DNA of 64,000 bases from Thecamonas trahens ATCC 50062 (taxonomy: Eukaryota; Protista; Apusomonadida). The notes under the pieces are model-generated. The model was not told the DNA's origin. It did not search any database and was given only the letters and a program-made list of their open reading frames with translations. This document shows positions 9,808 to 21,051 of the stretch, piece by piece. Positions within the stretch are counted from its first letter, which is position 1, and each line of letters opens with the position of its first letter. The DNA lies in the NCBI RefSeq assembly GCF_000142905.1, contig NW_013657661.1, forward strand, positions 1 through 64,000, written 5' to 3'. The position numbers and the translations under genes were made by a program.

Positions 9808-10557
9808 ATGTCGACCAAGTCGCCACACCGTCCGACCGCCAACCACACCCACCCACCATCGCCACCCATCCATCGTCTCATCAGCCTACATCTCAAGATT
9901 CCAAGATCTCTTGCCTCCTCCCTCCCCTCCCCCCCCTCTCCCTCGTCCAGATCATTCGTATGGCTGGTGGCATCGTTCTGTGGAGCGCTGTGGTGGACCA
10001 TCATCCCGCCCATGCAGAGCTCGTACGGAGCCGTGGTCTTCTTCTCGGTAGTCATTAGCGAAGCTGTTCGTGGCCTCTTTCACATGCTCTGGGCAAAGAT
10101 CGAGCTGCGGCTGCTCATCGAGGGCATGCGTCCACTAGACATCTACCGGAGAATGGGCTTTGCCACTGCTGCTGGTCTGGGATATGCTGCCATTCATGCC
10201 CTGGCCTCATATGGTGGCCTGCTGTACGAGGGTCGTGGTCCGGGTGCCCTCTTCACTCCGGCTTGCCCGGCCACCTCGCTCTTCTTTATCAACGCGCTCT
10301 CCACCCTTGCCTTTGTTCTCCTCAACATCGTCTTTATGCCGGTCGCCTTTTATGGCTACCACCGGTCCGAGCTCCGCTACCCGGCCGCCGTCGCCGCCAT
10401 CCATCTCGCCGCCTCGTGGTCGACGCTCCTTTTCAAGGCCGGCGGCTCGTGCGCCGGCGGTGTGGCACTGCTGTACGCCATCGTCGCCCTCGCCGCCGCC
10501 CTCGCCTTCCACGTCGGCCGCAAGGTCAACATGGAGCAGCGGATGTCGGTCATGTGA
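9808..10557 (+). CDS. APH1: Gamma-secretase subunit APH-1; 5' end uncertain, conserved exon starts near 9951
   Basis: FVWLVAS...SVVISEAVR...AAGLGY...GPG...C...SLF...H pattern of the multipass Aph-1 family. A pyrimidine tract and CAG acceptor lie at about 9950. Confidence 0.82.
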   Translation: MSTKSPHRPTANHTHPPSPPIHRLISLHLKIPRSLASSLPSPPSPSSRSFVWLVASFCGALWWTIIPPMQSSYGAVVFFSVVISEAVRGLFHMLWAKIELRLLIEGMRPLDIYRRMGFATAAGLGYAAIHALASYGGLLYEGRGPGALFTPACPATSLFFINALSTLAFVLLNIVFMPVAFYGYHRSELRYPAAVAAIHLAASWSTLLFKAGGSCAGGVALLYAIVALAAALAFHVGRKVNMEQRMSVM

Positions 10558-10604
10558 GGTGAGGTGTAAACAGAGGCTCCAATAGTGAAAAACCCAGGTG
10601 ATCT

Positions 10605-11720
10605 TTACTCGCCCTTGGCAGCCTTCTCGGCCTTGCGGCGGAGGGCGCGCTTGCGGAGCGACAGGTGGTCGCCCATAAGCTTGGCGTTGGCAACCCGCAC
10701 CGGGAGGAGCGAGAAGATGTAGGCCTGGAGGGCATGGGCCCAGAACGGAACGATCGAGGCCTCGTAGCCGATCTTGGAGACCGAGGCACGAGCAAAGCCG
10801 GCAGGCGTGGGAATAAAGAGCGAGGAGCGGCGGATCTTGGCGAGCTTGGTAGTGACAAAGAACGGAATCTGGCACTGGACGTCGATGCCGTACTGGGCGT
10901 ATTCGACGTTGAGCGCCCGCGAGAAAAAGTCGACGTACGCCTTGGTCCCCGAGTACACCGCGTACAGCGGGTCGGTGATGGTACCGGCCGCCGACGAGAT
11001 GTTGACAATCGCGCCCGACTTGCGCTCCTTCATGCCCGGAAGCACAAGCTTGGTCATCCAGTTCATGGCCGCCACGTTGAGCTCCACCATCGTATCCACC
11101 CGCCAGTCGTCCAGCAGGTCAAAGTACTCGGCGTGGTCGTACGACATGCCCACGTTGTTGACAAGAATGCCCACGTTGAGCGAGCCAATCTCAGCCTCGA
11201 TCGTCTCGTAGATGCCAGATTCCTTGCCCGACCCCATGTCCACCGCAATCGTCTTGATCTCCACGTTGGGCGACTTGGCCGCAATCTCCGCCGCAGCCTC
11301 ATCCAGCCGCGACTGTGTCCGCGAAATGAGCACCACGTTGAGCCCAGCACGCGCAAACTCGCCCGCGTACGCCTTGCCGATCCCATCCGAGGCACCGGTC
11401 ACCACTGCCCACCACAGTCAGCATCCTCTCTTCCGTGCGTGAGTCTTCCCCGTCACCACCGCTACCCTCCCCCCCCCCCCCCCCCCTCCCCCTACTGCCC
11501 CTGCCACTCGCCACGTACCGGCCCACTCGCCATAGTTGCGGAGGTTCTTGCCCGGGCGGATAAAGTAGACGTAAAATGCCTTGATCATGCCCATGAGCGA
11601 CTTGGCCACAATGACGGCACCCACCAGGATGAGCAGATCAACAGCCAGCGGGAGCTCGACCGACTCGGGCAGGCCCACCAGTCCATGGACCTTGTTCAGC
11701 ACCATGGTAACAGTCTCCAT
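10605..11720 (-). CDS. Very-long-chain 3-ketoacyl-CoA reductase (HSD17B12/Ifa38-like SDR), intron 11405-11518
   Basis: YGEWA|VVTGASDGIG, LVNNVGMSY, YSGTK (YxxxK), N-terminal TM helix. The GT-AG intron restores the frame. Confidence 0.92.
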
Positions 11721-12099
11721 TATCAAGAGGAAAGTGTACGTAGTTGTACAGATAAAAATACAGTTGGGTGTCCTCTGTACTCCCCCCCCCCCCCCCCTCT
11801 CCGCTCCCTGCCTCTCCCTCCCGTGTCTGTCCCTCACCCCCATTCGCCACGTGTCCGTCCGATCGATCCCTCTCCCTCCTTTCCTCCTTCAGCCTCCCCC
11901 TCGCCCCCTCCATCCGCTCACAACAACACATCCATCGCCCACGACATCGCATCCGCTCCCTACGACATCATATCCTTCGTCCTCATCCCCATCTCCACTT
12001 ATCACCCCATCACGACTCCGATCGTCGCCCCCCCTCCCCCACCCGCTCTCCCCGGTTCAATCCCTCAACCCGGAGACCACTCGACGCCACACAGGCAAC

Positions 12100-13092
12100 A
12101 TGGACGAGGCACTTGTGGAGAATGTGGTGTACTCGAGAGCTGGTGCTGCTGATTCGTATGTGTTCAACTCGTCACTGACCAATGTCTACCGTCCGCGCAT
12201 TGTCGATGCCCTGCGGTATGTGACAGACTCGCCACAGGCTTGGTTGGAGAGCCACAAAGCCATGGTCTCGGCAGCTCTTGCTCTTCTTCTCCATCATGCC
12301 TCGCTCCTGTCGCATGATGCTACCTTTGGCGGCTTGCTCTACAACATGGTCTATCGCGTCTCATCACCATCGGGCGAGCTCATCCCGCCGTCTATGCCTC
12401 GCAAACTGCTCCATGTCGCCGCATCCACAGCTGGCCTCTGGGCCTGGATCCGTCTCGACAGCTGCGCCGATAGCCTGCCCATGCTCGATGTGAGTGCCGA
12501 CGACCTCCGCGGATCACCGTGGCAAGCTGGTGCTGCTGTATTGACTGCAGCGAGGCGGACAGGCACCCGCCGCACGCTCGGTGGCGCCATCCTCCGTACT
12601 GTCCTCTGGCTTGTCCGCGCCGCGTCGCTCGTCAACGCCCTCGTCTTTCTCCGCTCCGGTGCCTACGTCTCGCTCCTGGACCGAGTCTTAGGCATGCAGC
12701 TTGTGCGGAGCGCACCGGGGCGAGCCCGCTTTGTCGCGCTGCACTTTATGGACCGGACGCTTGGCTGGATCGCGCTCTCTAATGCCCTCGCAGCCCTTCT
12801 CCCGCTCATCAACATCGAGCGGGTCAAGACGGCGCTCGACTACGCTGCGTCGTCGGCAGTTCGCGCCGCCACATCCGTCCTTGTCGGCCCGGCCGCCGAC
12901 ACCGGCGCCAAGCATGTGCCGACCGGCTGCATCGTGTGCGGCGTCAACGCCGCAAGCTTTGCCTTTCGGCTCGAGCCTTGCCACCACTCTGGCTGCTACT
13001 ACTGCCTTGCTGCGCACCGTGCCCGCGACCCGGGGGCGTTTTCGTGCCCGCGATGCGCATCGGGAGTGAGCGGCATCGAGCGAGTGCCGTAG
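12100..13092 (+). CDS. PEX2: Peroxisomal RING peroxin Pex2
   Basis: ATFG..LYN, LVNALVFLRSGAYVSLLDRVLGM, FMDRTLGW, and a C-terminal RING CIVC...PCHHSGCYYC...FSCPRC. Confidence 0.85.
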   Translation: MDEALVENVVYSRAGAADSYVFNSSLTNVYRPRIVDALRYVTDSPQAWLESHKAMVSAALALLLHHASLLSHDATFGGLLYNMVYRVSSPSGELIPPSMPRKLLHVAASTAGLWAWIRLDSCADSLPMLDVSADDLRGSPWQAGAAVLTAARRTGTRRTLGGAILRTVLWLVRAASLVNALVFLRSGAYVSLLDRVLGMQLVRSAPGRARFVALHFMDRTLGWIALSNALAALLPLINIERVKTALDYAASSAVRAATSVLVGPAADTGAKHVPTGCIVCGVNAASFAFRLEPCHHSGCYYCLAAHRARDPGAFSCPRCASGVSGIERVP

Positions 13093-13109
13093 CCGAGTCA
13101 CGCCGGCTT

Positions 13110-14081
13110 TTAGGCCGCATCCGGCTCGTACGCCTCGTCCGGAACCACGAAAAACTCGACAAAGATCAGCTCGTCGCCGCGGTTGATCATGTGCTGCAGC
13201 GAGAGAATGCCCTCGGTGTTGACCCGGATGGAGGTCTTGGACGCGAGCGCGAGCGCCCGGAGCGAGGCGTGGACAAGCTCGGTCTTGTACTCGTTGGTGA
13301 TGAGCTCGACAGTATCAAACGACTCGATGAGGGCAGCAGCACCGGGGCCGACTTCTGCCGTGCCCCCGCTGGTGCCGCCGCCGTCCGACGTGTGCGGGAA
13401 CTCGATGGCACATGAGCCGGCCGAGCCGCGAGCACTCATGCGGAACATGGCGCTTGCCGCGCGAGTCTGCGGCACAAACTCAAAGGCAATGGAGCCGGCC
13501 ACGCCCTCTAGCTCGTACAGCGCGTCATGGACGGCGCTGGAGATGATGATGGCCTTGCCCCGGACGTCAGGCGAGGCAAAGTTGAGCTCGATCGGCTCGG
13601 CCGCGACGAGGGTGGCGATGGCGCACCGGGTCGCCACCGACGCCTCGACTAGCTCGAGCACCAGCGGCGCGCCGTCGCGGGCGTGGATCATCCGCAGCGG
13701 CCGGCCAGTCGACGACGTGCCAAACAGAGTGAGGCACTCGAGCAGGACGGTGAGCGAGACGGTAAAGCGGACGCCTACGGCCACGGCGTACTTGGAGAAG
13801 AGCTTGTCCTGCAGGAAAGCGTTGGCGAGGACAGTCTTAGACTCATTGACCACCGTCAGCTTGATCCCGTTCTCCAGCAGCAGCAGCGTCACCTCCGAGT
13901 CCTTGCCTACGTGATCGAGCGTGCCCAGAACGTCGCGAATGACGTTGACTTCTCCGGTCTCTGTGTACAGCTCGGCCGCCTCGCCGTTCTCGTCCTCGCC
14001 CAAGCTCGCCCCAGAGCTTCCACGCGAGACCGCCACAGGTGGCGACGAGATGGTCTGCAGCGGTTGCGAAGATGCCGCCAT
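13110..14081 (-). CDS. RAD1: 9-1-1 checkpoint clamp subunit Rad1
   Basis: GIKLTV...ANAFLQDKLFSKY, VSLTVLLECLTLFG, GSCAIEFP, RALALASKTSIRVNTEGILSLQHMI...FVEFFVVP. Confidence 0.9.
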   Translation of the reverse strand: MAASSQPLQTISSPPVAVSRGSSGASLGEDENGEAAELYTETGEVNVIRDVLGTLDHVGKDSEVTLLLLENGIKLTVVNESKTVLANAFLQDKLFSKYAVAVGVRFTVSLTVLLECLTLFGTSSTGRPLRMIHARDGAPLVLELVEASVATRCAIATLVAAEPIELNFASPDVRGKAIIISSAVHDALYELEGVAGSIAFEFVPQTRAASAMFRMSARGSAGSCAIEFPHTSDGGGTSGGTAEVGPGAAALIESFDTVELITNEYKTELVHASLRALALASKTSIRVNTEGILSLQHMINRGDELIFVEFFVVPDEAYEPDAA

Positions 14082-14220
14082 GACCAGAGAGGGGGGGGGG
14101 GGGGGTGGGAGACAAGTGGGTGTTGTCCCACGTGTCGCCCTCTCCCCACCACGCTGCCTCGGCCTCGCCCTTTGGCAGCGGTGTCGAAAAAAAGGTCGTG
14201 GTTTACAGCAGCCGGGACAA

Positions 14221-15327
14221 CTACGCCTTCCACGTCACCGACCAGATCCAGATGAGGTTCTGGGCAGCGCCGAGGGTCTTAGGCAGAGACTTGAGCTCCG
14301 ACTGGAAGACCGGCTTGCCGGACGCGGTGTCGACAACGAGCAGCTGCGACGGATCGCCGTAGGCGTTGCCCGAGCCGGTGGCAAAGAGCGAGCCGTCGGC
14401 CGAGAACGACGCCACCCACTCGTCCATGTCGATGGTGGCGTTGCTCGCCAGGCACGCCGTCTTGGTCGCCTTGGCCGTCGAGAGGTCGACGGTGCCAAAG
14501 GCAAAGCCGGGATTCGGCGAGCTCTCCGACGGGCACTCGTCGGCAAAGCCGGCCATCCACGCTTGGACGATCGGCCCGGCGCTGACACGGGCATCAAGGA
14601 CAGGGACACCGGCGTAGGCGTACACGGTGTAGTTGGTAAAGGTGGCCTCTATCAGCTCGCCGGTCTTGACATCGAGCTTGAGCAGGCACTCGTCGGCGGC
14701 CTCCGGCGCGCACTTTTCCTCCCGCAGATCGTAGCCGGCCTGGACGTAGAACGTATCGTCGGTGATGTAGTGGACGTCATCTGACATCTCCTTGAACAGG
14801 ATGTTCTCGCCGGCCTTGTACTTGCCGTCGAGATCCATGGCGCCGTACTGGAAGCACCCGTCGTCACAGAGGCCCGACTGGGTGACCGTCCCTGAAATGC
14901 CCAGCAGCTTGCGATCAACAAGGCCAAAGGTCTCAAAGCCGGTGAAAAACGGGTCGCCTGCCGAGAACTTGCCCGCCACCGCGCCCTTGTCGAGATCCAC
15001 CTCAACAAAGACGCCATCGTCGGCCACAAAGTTGAGCCAGATGGAAGAGCCCGCCACGGCAACGTTGGGATCATAGTCGGCGACACAGCCAAAGACAGCC
15101 TCACCCGGCCATGTGAAGCTCCCCACCACCTTGATATCGCCGCTCACCGTATCCACCTCCACCACCGCTCCTGCGTTGGTCGTAAGCGTCGGGCAGTACG
15201 CCACCAGCAGCGTCAGTGTGCCCTCGGTCGCGGCACCGTTTGCAGCCTCACCAGCCGTCCCCACCACCAATACCGCGGCCACCACCATACAGCACATGAT
15301 CATCATCATCATCTGCGCTGACGCCAT
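14221..15327 (-). CDS. Secreted hypothetical protein, beta-rich (possibly propeller-like)
   Basis: Hydrophobic signal peptide, paired Cys residues, coherent 368-aa ORF with host-like codon usage. Confidence 0.7.
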   Translation of the reverse strand: MASAQMMMMIMCCMVVAAVLVVGTAGEAANGAATEGTLTLLVAYCPTLTTNAGAVVEVDTVSGDIKVVGSFTWPGEAVFGCVADYDPNVAVAGSSIWLNFVADDGVFVEVDLDKGAVAGKFSAGDPFFTGFETFGLVDRKLLGISGTVTQSGLCDDGCFQYGAMDLDGKYKAGENILFKEMSDDVHYITDDTFYVQAGYDLREEKCAPEAADECLLKLDVKTGELIEATFTNYTVYAYAGVPVLDARVSAGPIVQAWMAGFADECPSESSPNPGFAFGTVDLSTAKATKTACLASNATIDMDEWVASFSADGSLFATGSGNAYGDPSQLLVVDTASGKPVFQSELKSLPKTLGAAQNLIWIWSVTWKA

Positions 15328-15587
15328 GTTATACGTTTGGGCTTGGGAGGGTACAGAAGAGAAGAAACAGAGTCAGGTCTGCGATTGCCGCCTTCCACCT
15401 GTCCGCCTCTGTACTCACTGTGTTGACCAGCTTGTCAGCAGCTGGCGGTGGACGGAAGCAGACGCAGGAGCTCATCAGAGACTAATCACACATCGGAAAG
15501 GGAATGGTTTGGGGAACGGCAGAGTCCGGTTGATCAGGGCTTGGTCTCTCATCACATCGCTAGCGGTCGTCTCCAGTCATCGCGCAC

Positions 15588-15655
<68 letters not shown>

Positions 15656-15861
15656 GCACATCGTATGGCAGCCATCGGTGGTCTGATCTCGTACCTGTAT
15701 TCCCGTGTCAGGCTACGATGGCTCACCAGTGCGACTCGTAGCAACCAGGCGACAGCCACAGCCAGAGCCACAGCACCACCAGCCACACCACAGCCACGGC
15801 GACGGCGGCGGTGATGGCCACACGGCCACACCACTCCACGCCACCACCCACAACGACTACC

Positions 15862-18689
15862 ATGTCACTCTCCACCACCCGCAAGTCGCTTTATGTGGAC
15901 TTTGGCACACCACCGCCGGGCTACGTGCCTGGGTTGGGGCGGGGTGCCGTCGGCTTTACCACCAAGATGGACATTGCCACGGCGAGGTTCTCTGGGCCTC
16001 AGTTACCAGGGGCAAGCACAAACTCATCGAGCAGCAAGGCGAGCAAGAGCAAGTCATCGACAGTATCTGGAGTGCCTGGACAGTTTGACGATGCTGTGTT
16101 TGAGGCGGAAGATGCAGAGGCGGATGCTATCTGGGCTGCGGTCGACGCAAAGGTCAATCGGCACACCGAAGAAGCGCAGAAGCGGAAGGATGCTGCGGCA
16201 GAGGCAGAGGAGTCACAGAGAGGCATCAAGCTCCATGCTCAGTTTGCTGATCTTCGTCGCGAGCTGACAAATGTGACCGTGGATGAGTGGGAGTCAATCC
16301 CTGAAGTCGGCCAGGTGGCGTACGTGCCCAAGCAGACCGCAGGCGCTGCTGCCGCCATGCCTGTCCCGGACTCGGTCCTCCGCATGCAGGTTGAGAACGA
16401 CATGTTTTCGCGCTCGTCGCGGGTCGGAGCCTCGGGCTTGACTCCGGCAGAGTTGGCGGCCCAGGATGCCACCACCACCGACTTGCGCAAGCTCGGCGAG
16501 GCCCGCGCGTCGGCGGTCTCGGCCCGGCTCGACGTCGCTGCCGCCGGTCTCGGTGCGTCCGCCCCCAGCGGTAGCGGCAACGGCTCGGTCAACGCCGAGG
16601 CCTACCTACAGCAGCTGGAGAGCCAGACGCTCGAGGCTGCGGCCCGGGTGGCCGACGACCGCAAGCTCCGCGAGTTGCTCACCTCTCTCCGCGCCACCTA
16701 CTCGGAGCACGCGCCGAGCTGGATTGCCGCCGCCCGGCTGGAGGAAGCAGCCGGCAAGATGCGCTCGGCTCGCAAGATTGCGCTTGAGGGCTGCGGCGAG
16801 GCACCCGACTCGGCCGACATGTGGCTCGAGGCGGCACGGCTGTGCCAGCCCGACGAGGCCAAGCGGGTGCTCGCCCGCGCCGCATCGCGCCTTCCACGCG
16901 CCGTCGAGGTGTGGATGGCCGCCGCCCGGCTCGAGATGACCGACGCCGCAAAGCGGACCGTCTACCGCAAGGCGCTGGAGGCGAACCCAACGTCGGCGGT
17001 CCTGTGGAAGGCAGCAGTCCAGCTGGAGCCGCCGCACAAGGCTCGGGTCCTCCTCACCGAAGCCGTCAAGTGCGTGCCGGCCGACGTCGACCTCTGGCTG
17101 GCACTGGCGCGGCTGCAGTCGTACGGCGACGCCCGCGAAACGCTCAACGCTGCGCGTGCCGCTGTCGATCCGGACTCCCTCGTCCGAGTCTGGGTCGCAG
17201 TTTGTCGCCTCGAGGAGGCACGCGCAGTGCCCGAGCCGCGAGAGCCAGCCGACGCTGCCCGCGATCTGCCGCATCCCAACGTGGCGCACGTGGCACAGGC
17301 TGCTGTGACCGAGCTCGCCAGCTCCGGCATCGTTCGTGACGCCGAAGCATGGCACAGCCACATCGCCCGAGCCGAGCGCGCCGGCTTCCCAACACCGCCC
17401 AGGGTCTTGCGCTTGCAAGCCTCTTTGCAACGCCGCTCGACACCGCAGCCGCCACTGAGGCGGCCGAGCGGTATGCGGGCGAAGGTCTCCACCGGGTTGC
17501 AAGTGCAGTGCTGGCGCGGGCGCGAGGAGACGCGCCAGACGATCCAGCGCTGTGGGCGCGGGCAGCGGCCCTCGCGCCGTCAGAGACAGTCCGACTCGCG
17601 GTGCTGCGGGCGTCAGTGTCTGCCCTGCCGACAGCCCCGCTTCTGTGGCTTATGGCGGCCAAGGCGGTGTGGCAGGCTGGTGAACTCGGCGAGGCGCGGC
17701 AGTTGCTGGCTGCGGCGTCTGCCGCAGTCCCGCGGTGCGAGCCGATTCTGCTCGCTGGTGCCAAGCTCGAAACGCTCGCTGGCGCTGCTGACGCCGCGGG
17801 TGCGCTGCTGGCGCGGGCACGGGCCGAGACGCCATCGGCCCGGGTCTGGGTCAAGTCAGCAGTCCACGCCCGGATGATTGGCGACGCCGCCGGGCTGGCC
17901 GAGCTTCTGGCGTCGGGCCGCAGCTCGTGGCCAGACGAAGCCAAGCTGTGGATGATGGCCGGCCAGAGTGCAGCGACGCCTGCAGAAGCTGCCGCTATCT
18001 ACCGCGATGGTCTGCGGGCAGTTCCGACCTCGGCGCCGCTGTGGCTCCTCCTCGCACAGACGCAGGTTGACGAGGGGAAGCTCGTGGCGGCACGAGCGAC
18101 GCTCGAGCGCGGGCGCGAGGCGCTGCCTAGCTCTGACGAGGTGCTCGAGGGCGCCGCCAAGATCGAGATGATGGCTGGCAACCGCGAGGCCGCGGGGCAG
18201 ATTGTGGCCGAGGGCCTGGCGGCGCTGCCGCGGTCGGGTCGCCTCTGGGTCCTTGCCATCGAGCTGGAGCCGCCGGCCAAGAAGCGCTCGCGGGCGATGG
18301 ACGCGGTGAAGGCTGCAAAGAGTGAGGCGCGGATCCTGACGTATGTGGCGCGGCTTTTCATGTTTATGCGGCTCGGCGAAAAGGCCAAAGCGTGGCTCCA
18401 GCAGGCGCGCAAGGTCGACTCGAGCTACGGCGACGCGTGGGCCTGGGCATGGGCCATCGGAAGTGATGACGAGCGGGGAGTGCTCGAGGCCGACGTTCGC
18501 GCCTCTGAGCCGCGGTACGGCGAGGCGTGGATCGCGGTGGCCAAAGCCGACAGCGCGCGGGCACTGGGGCTCGCCGATGTGCTGCAGCGGGTTGGTCACA
18601 GGTGCGCCGGCGTGCATGCTGCCGCGGTCGCCGCTGGCGTGTTCTCGGATCCTGGCGCGCTGTCGAGGCTAGTGGTGCTGCCCGAGTGA
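15862..18689 (+). CDS. PRPF6: U5 snRNP / tri-snRNP protein Prp6 (HAT repeats), one frameshift near 17390
   Basis: PPPGYVPGLGRGAVGFTT, EDAEADAIW, QFADLRREL..VT..EWESIPEVG, WIAAARLEE, HAT repeats, YGDAWAW...EPRYGEAW. Confidence 0.92.
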
Positions 18690-18703
18690 GACCGGAGGCC
18701 GCA

Positions 18704-20342
18704 TCACCCGCTCCGCTCCCACTCGATGAGATAGTACTCGATGGGCTCGTCGCCGTCAAAGCCGTCGGCCTGCTTGGGCTCGGAAAGGTAAAGGCATCCG
18801 GTGCCGAGAGGCTGGCGCGGACGTTGTCCGAGATGAGCAACAGCTCAGCGTCGCCCTCGTCCTCGCCAAGCACCTCTGCGCGGTTGCGGTTGTAGCCGTA
18901 GATGTCTTCGTCGTCGACAGCATTGAGGACCGGGCCGTAGTCGAGGCCAATGCCGACGAGGGCCTTGTCGTCCTCGACGGCCTGGGCGTCGTTGTAAGCC
19001 GCGAGCGCCTGCTGGGCCTTGACGCAGCCGGCGACAGCGGCGTCGCAGTCGTCAAACAGCATGTACAGGTTGTCAGCCTCGGTCTTGACCAGGTACCCAC
19101 CGTGGGCCTCGAGAATGGGAACCACAATTTTGCGCATGAGCATGATGAGCGAGAGAAAGTGGAGGATGCCGCGCTTGCGGACGGTGCGGGTAAAGCCGGA
19201 CATGTCCGAGACGAGGATGACCTTGGTCTGCTCATACCGCTCACGGATGCGCTCGTCGATGAACTTGGTGTTTCCGGCCCGGTCCTGCAGCAGCCGCTGG
19301 CGGCAGAGCTTGGCAAACGTGCACTCGTGGTAGTGTGTGTCGTGGATGGCGGCGGTGGTCGACGGAGCAACTGGCGAGACGGGAGTTCCCGACGAGGCGC
19401 GGGCGTAGAGCGCGTCAGCGTCGGCCGGCGCCACAGAGCCGATGACCCGGAAGAACGGCAGGTCGACGCCCGACTTTTGACCTTGTCCGGCGCAAACGAC
19501 GCCCGCGCAAAGACTGGGTCGTTCTGGATCTGGGCATACGAACGGTCCGAGATGAGCAGCTCGCCGGGCTCGGCGGTATCCTCACCGAGCTTGGACGAAG
19601 TGTTGACACAGTCGCCGTACAGGTCGTGCGGAATGAGCAGGATCGGGCCCGAGTCGATGCCGATGGAGACCTCGATCCGCATCGCGTCGTCGACCTCGGC
19701 GTTGTACTCGGCGAGCGCCGACATAACCATGATGCCAGTGGCGAGCGCCGTCCGCTCGTCACCAAAGGCCACAAAGGTCTTCTCGCCCTCAAACTTGACA
19801 ATGTTTCCGCCGAGGCCGCGGATGATCGGGTGCGTGATCTGGCGCATTTTCATGATGAGTGCCAGGGCGTGGTAGATGGAGAACTCGTAGACGACGTCAC
19901 CGATGCCGCCCATGGTCATGATGTAGCACACACCAGGAGACTCGAACGTCTCCATGATCCGCGACTCTAGCCGCCGCAACTCGTCGGGCTTGTCCAGCAG
20001 GGCCAGCCTTCTCAGGCAGAGCTCGTTAAAGTCGAGATCAACCATGGCCTCCAGCTCGACATCAAAGGTGATGTCCCCAGCACCGGGCCAGGCGATGCAT
20101 GCGGCTTGGAACTCATGCTCTGACCGGATGACCAGCTTCTTCTCTCCGGCCTTGCCGTACTTGTATACCAGCACCAGCTTGGTCTCCTCAGCCTCGCCCA
20201 CCAGCCCATGGACCATGGCCAGCACTTCCTCCAGCGGGCTTGCCGGCACGATTTCAGCAACTCGGCGTGTCCCATTCCAAACAAAGGTCACCTTGAGCGG
20301 CATGTCTGCTCCAGGGAACAGCGTCTCCACAGGCAGCGACAT
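18704..20342 (-). CDS. PB1-like domain plus two class III nucleotidyl (adenylyl) cyclase domains; frameshifts near 19475 and 18785
   Basis: Domain 1: VKFEGE...SIGIDSG...DLYGDCVNTSSKLGED. Domain 2: LVSDMSGFT...VKTEADN...GIGLDYG...DIYGYNRNRAEVLGED. Restoring the frames gives ...YYLIEWERSG* with the stop at 18704. Confidence 0.85.
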
Positions 20343-20854
20343 CTGGTTGCGGACGGGTTGTGATGAGAGGGCGGGAAATTTAGGTCGTGATGCGAGGCGA
20401 GGGGGGGGGGGGGGGGGAGGGGGGAGGGGGAGGGGGGTTGGTCACGTACTGTGTAGTAGNNNNNNNNNNNNNNNNNNNNNNNNNNNNNNNNNNNNNNNNN
20501 NNNNNNNNNNNNNNNNNNNNNNNNNNNNNNNNNNNNNNNNNNNNNNNNNNNNNNNNNNNCAGCTTGGATGATGTGGTCGCCAGAAGCAGCGGTAGTCGCT
20601 GTGGCTTTCAATCCCAGTAGCGCTGCCGGGTGCCGCCAGATACACTACAGGTCAGGTCGGGGATGCCAGTACCAGCACTGTGTAGGTGGAGAGGGGTGCG
20701 GGTGGAGTGGAAATGAAGTGAGGAGGAGGAGGAGGGGAGGGGGGGGGGGGGGAGTGTGGGTGGGTGGGGGGTGGAGTGTGTGGAGTGTAGGTGGGGGAGG
20801 GGGGGGGGGGGGAGTAGGCCAGAAGGGGAGGGGCAGTCAGGCGGTGCTTTGAAC

Positions 20855-20973
20855 GTTGGTGGTGTCATGGCGGCCGATAATCGTTGGTTGACGGTCAATC
20901 TCAATCACTGTTGGTGGTGTCATGGCGGCCGATAATCGTTGGTTGACGGTCAATCTCAATCATTGTTGGTGGC
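20855..20973. repeat. 55-bp tandem repeat (2 copies plus a partial third) upstream of the LRR gene
   Basis: gttggtggtgtcatggcggccgataatcgttggttgacggtcaatctcaatcact at 20855 and again at 20910 with one mismatch. Confidence 0.9.
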
Positions 20974-21051
20974 GCCGGACCATCATGGTTGGCGCTTGCT
21001 CAACGGCCACTTCTCTACGCCGAGCTCACGCACTCTACATACATACCAGCC

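Noticed and set aside
15862-18689. PRP6 and the other frameshifted genes as pseudogenes
   Set aside because: Motifs are intact, there are no in-frame stops once one base is restored, and the functions are essential. Sequencing error is more parsimonious.
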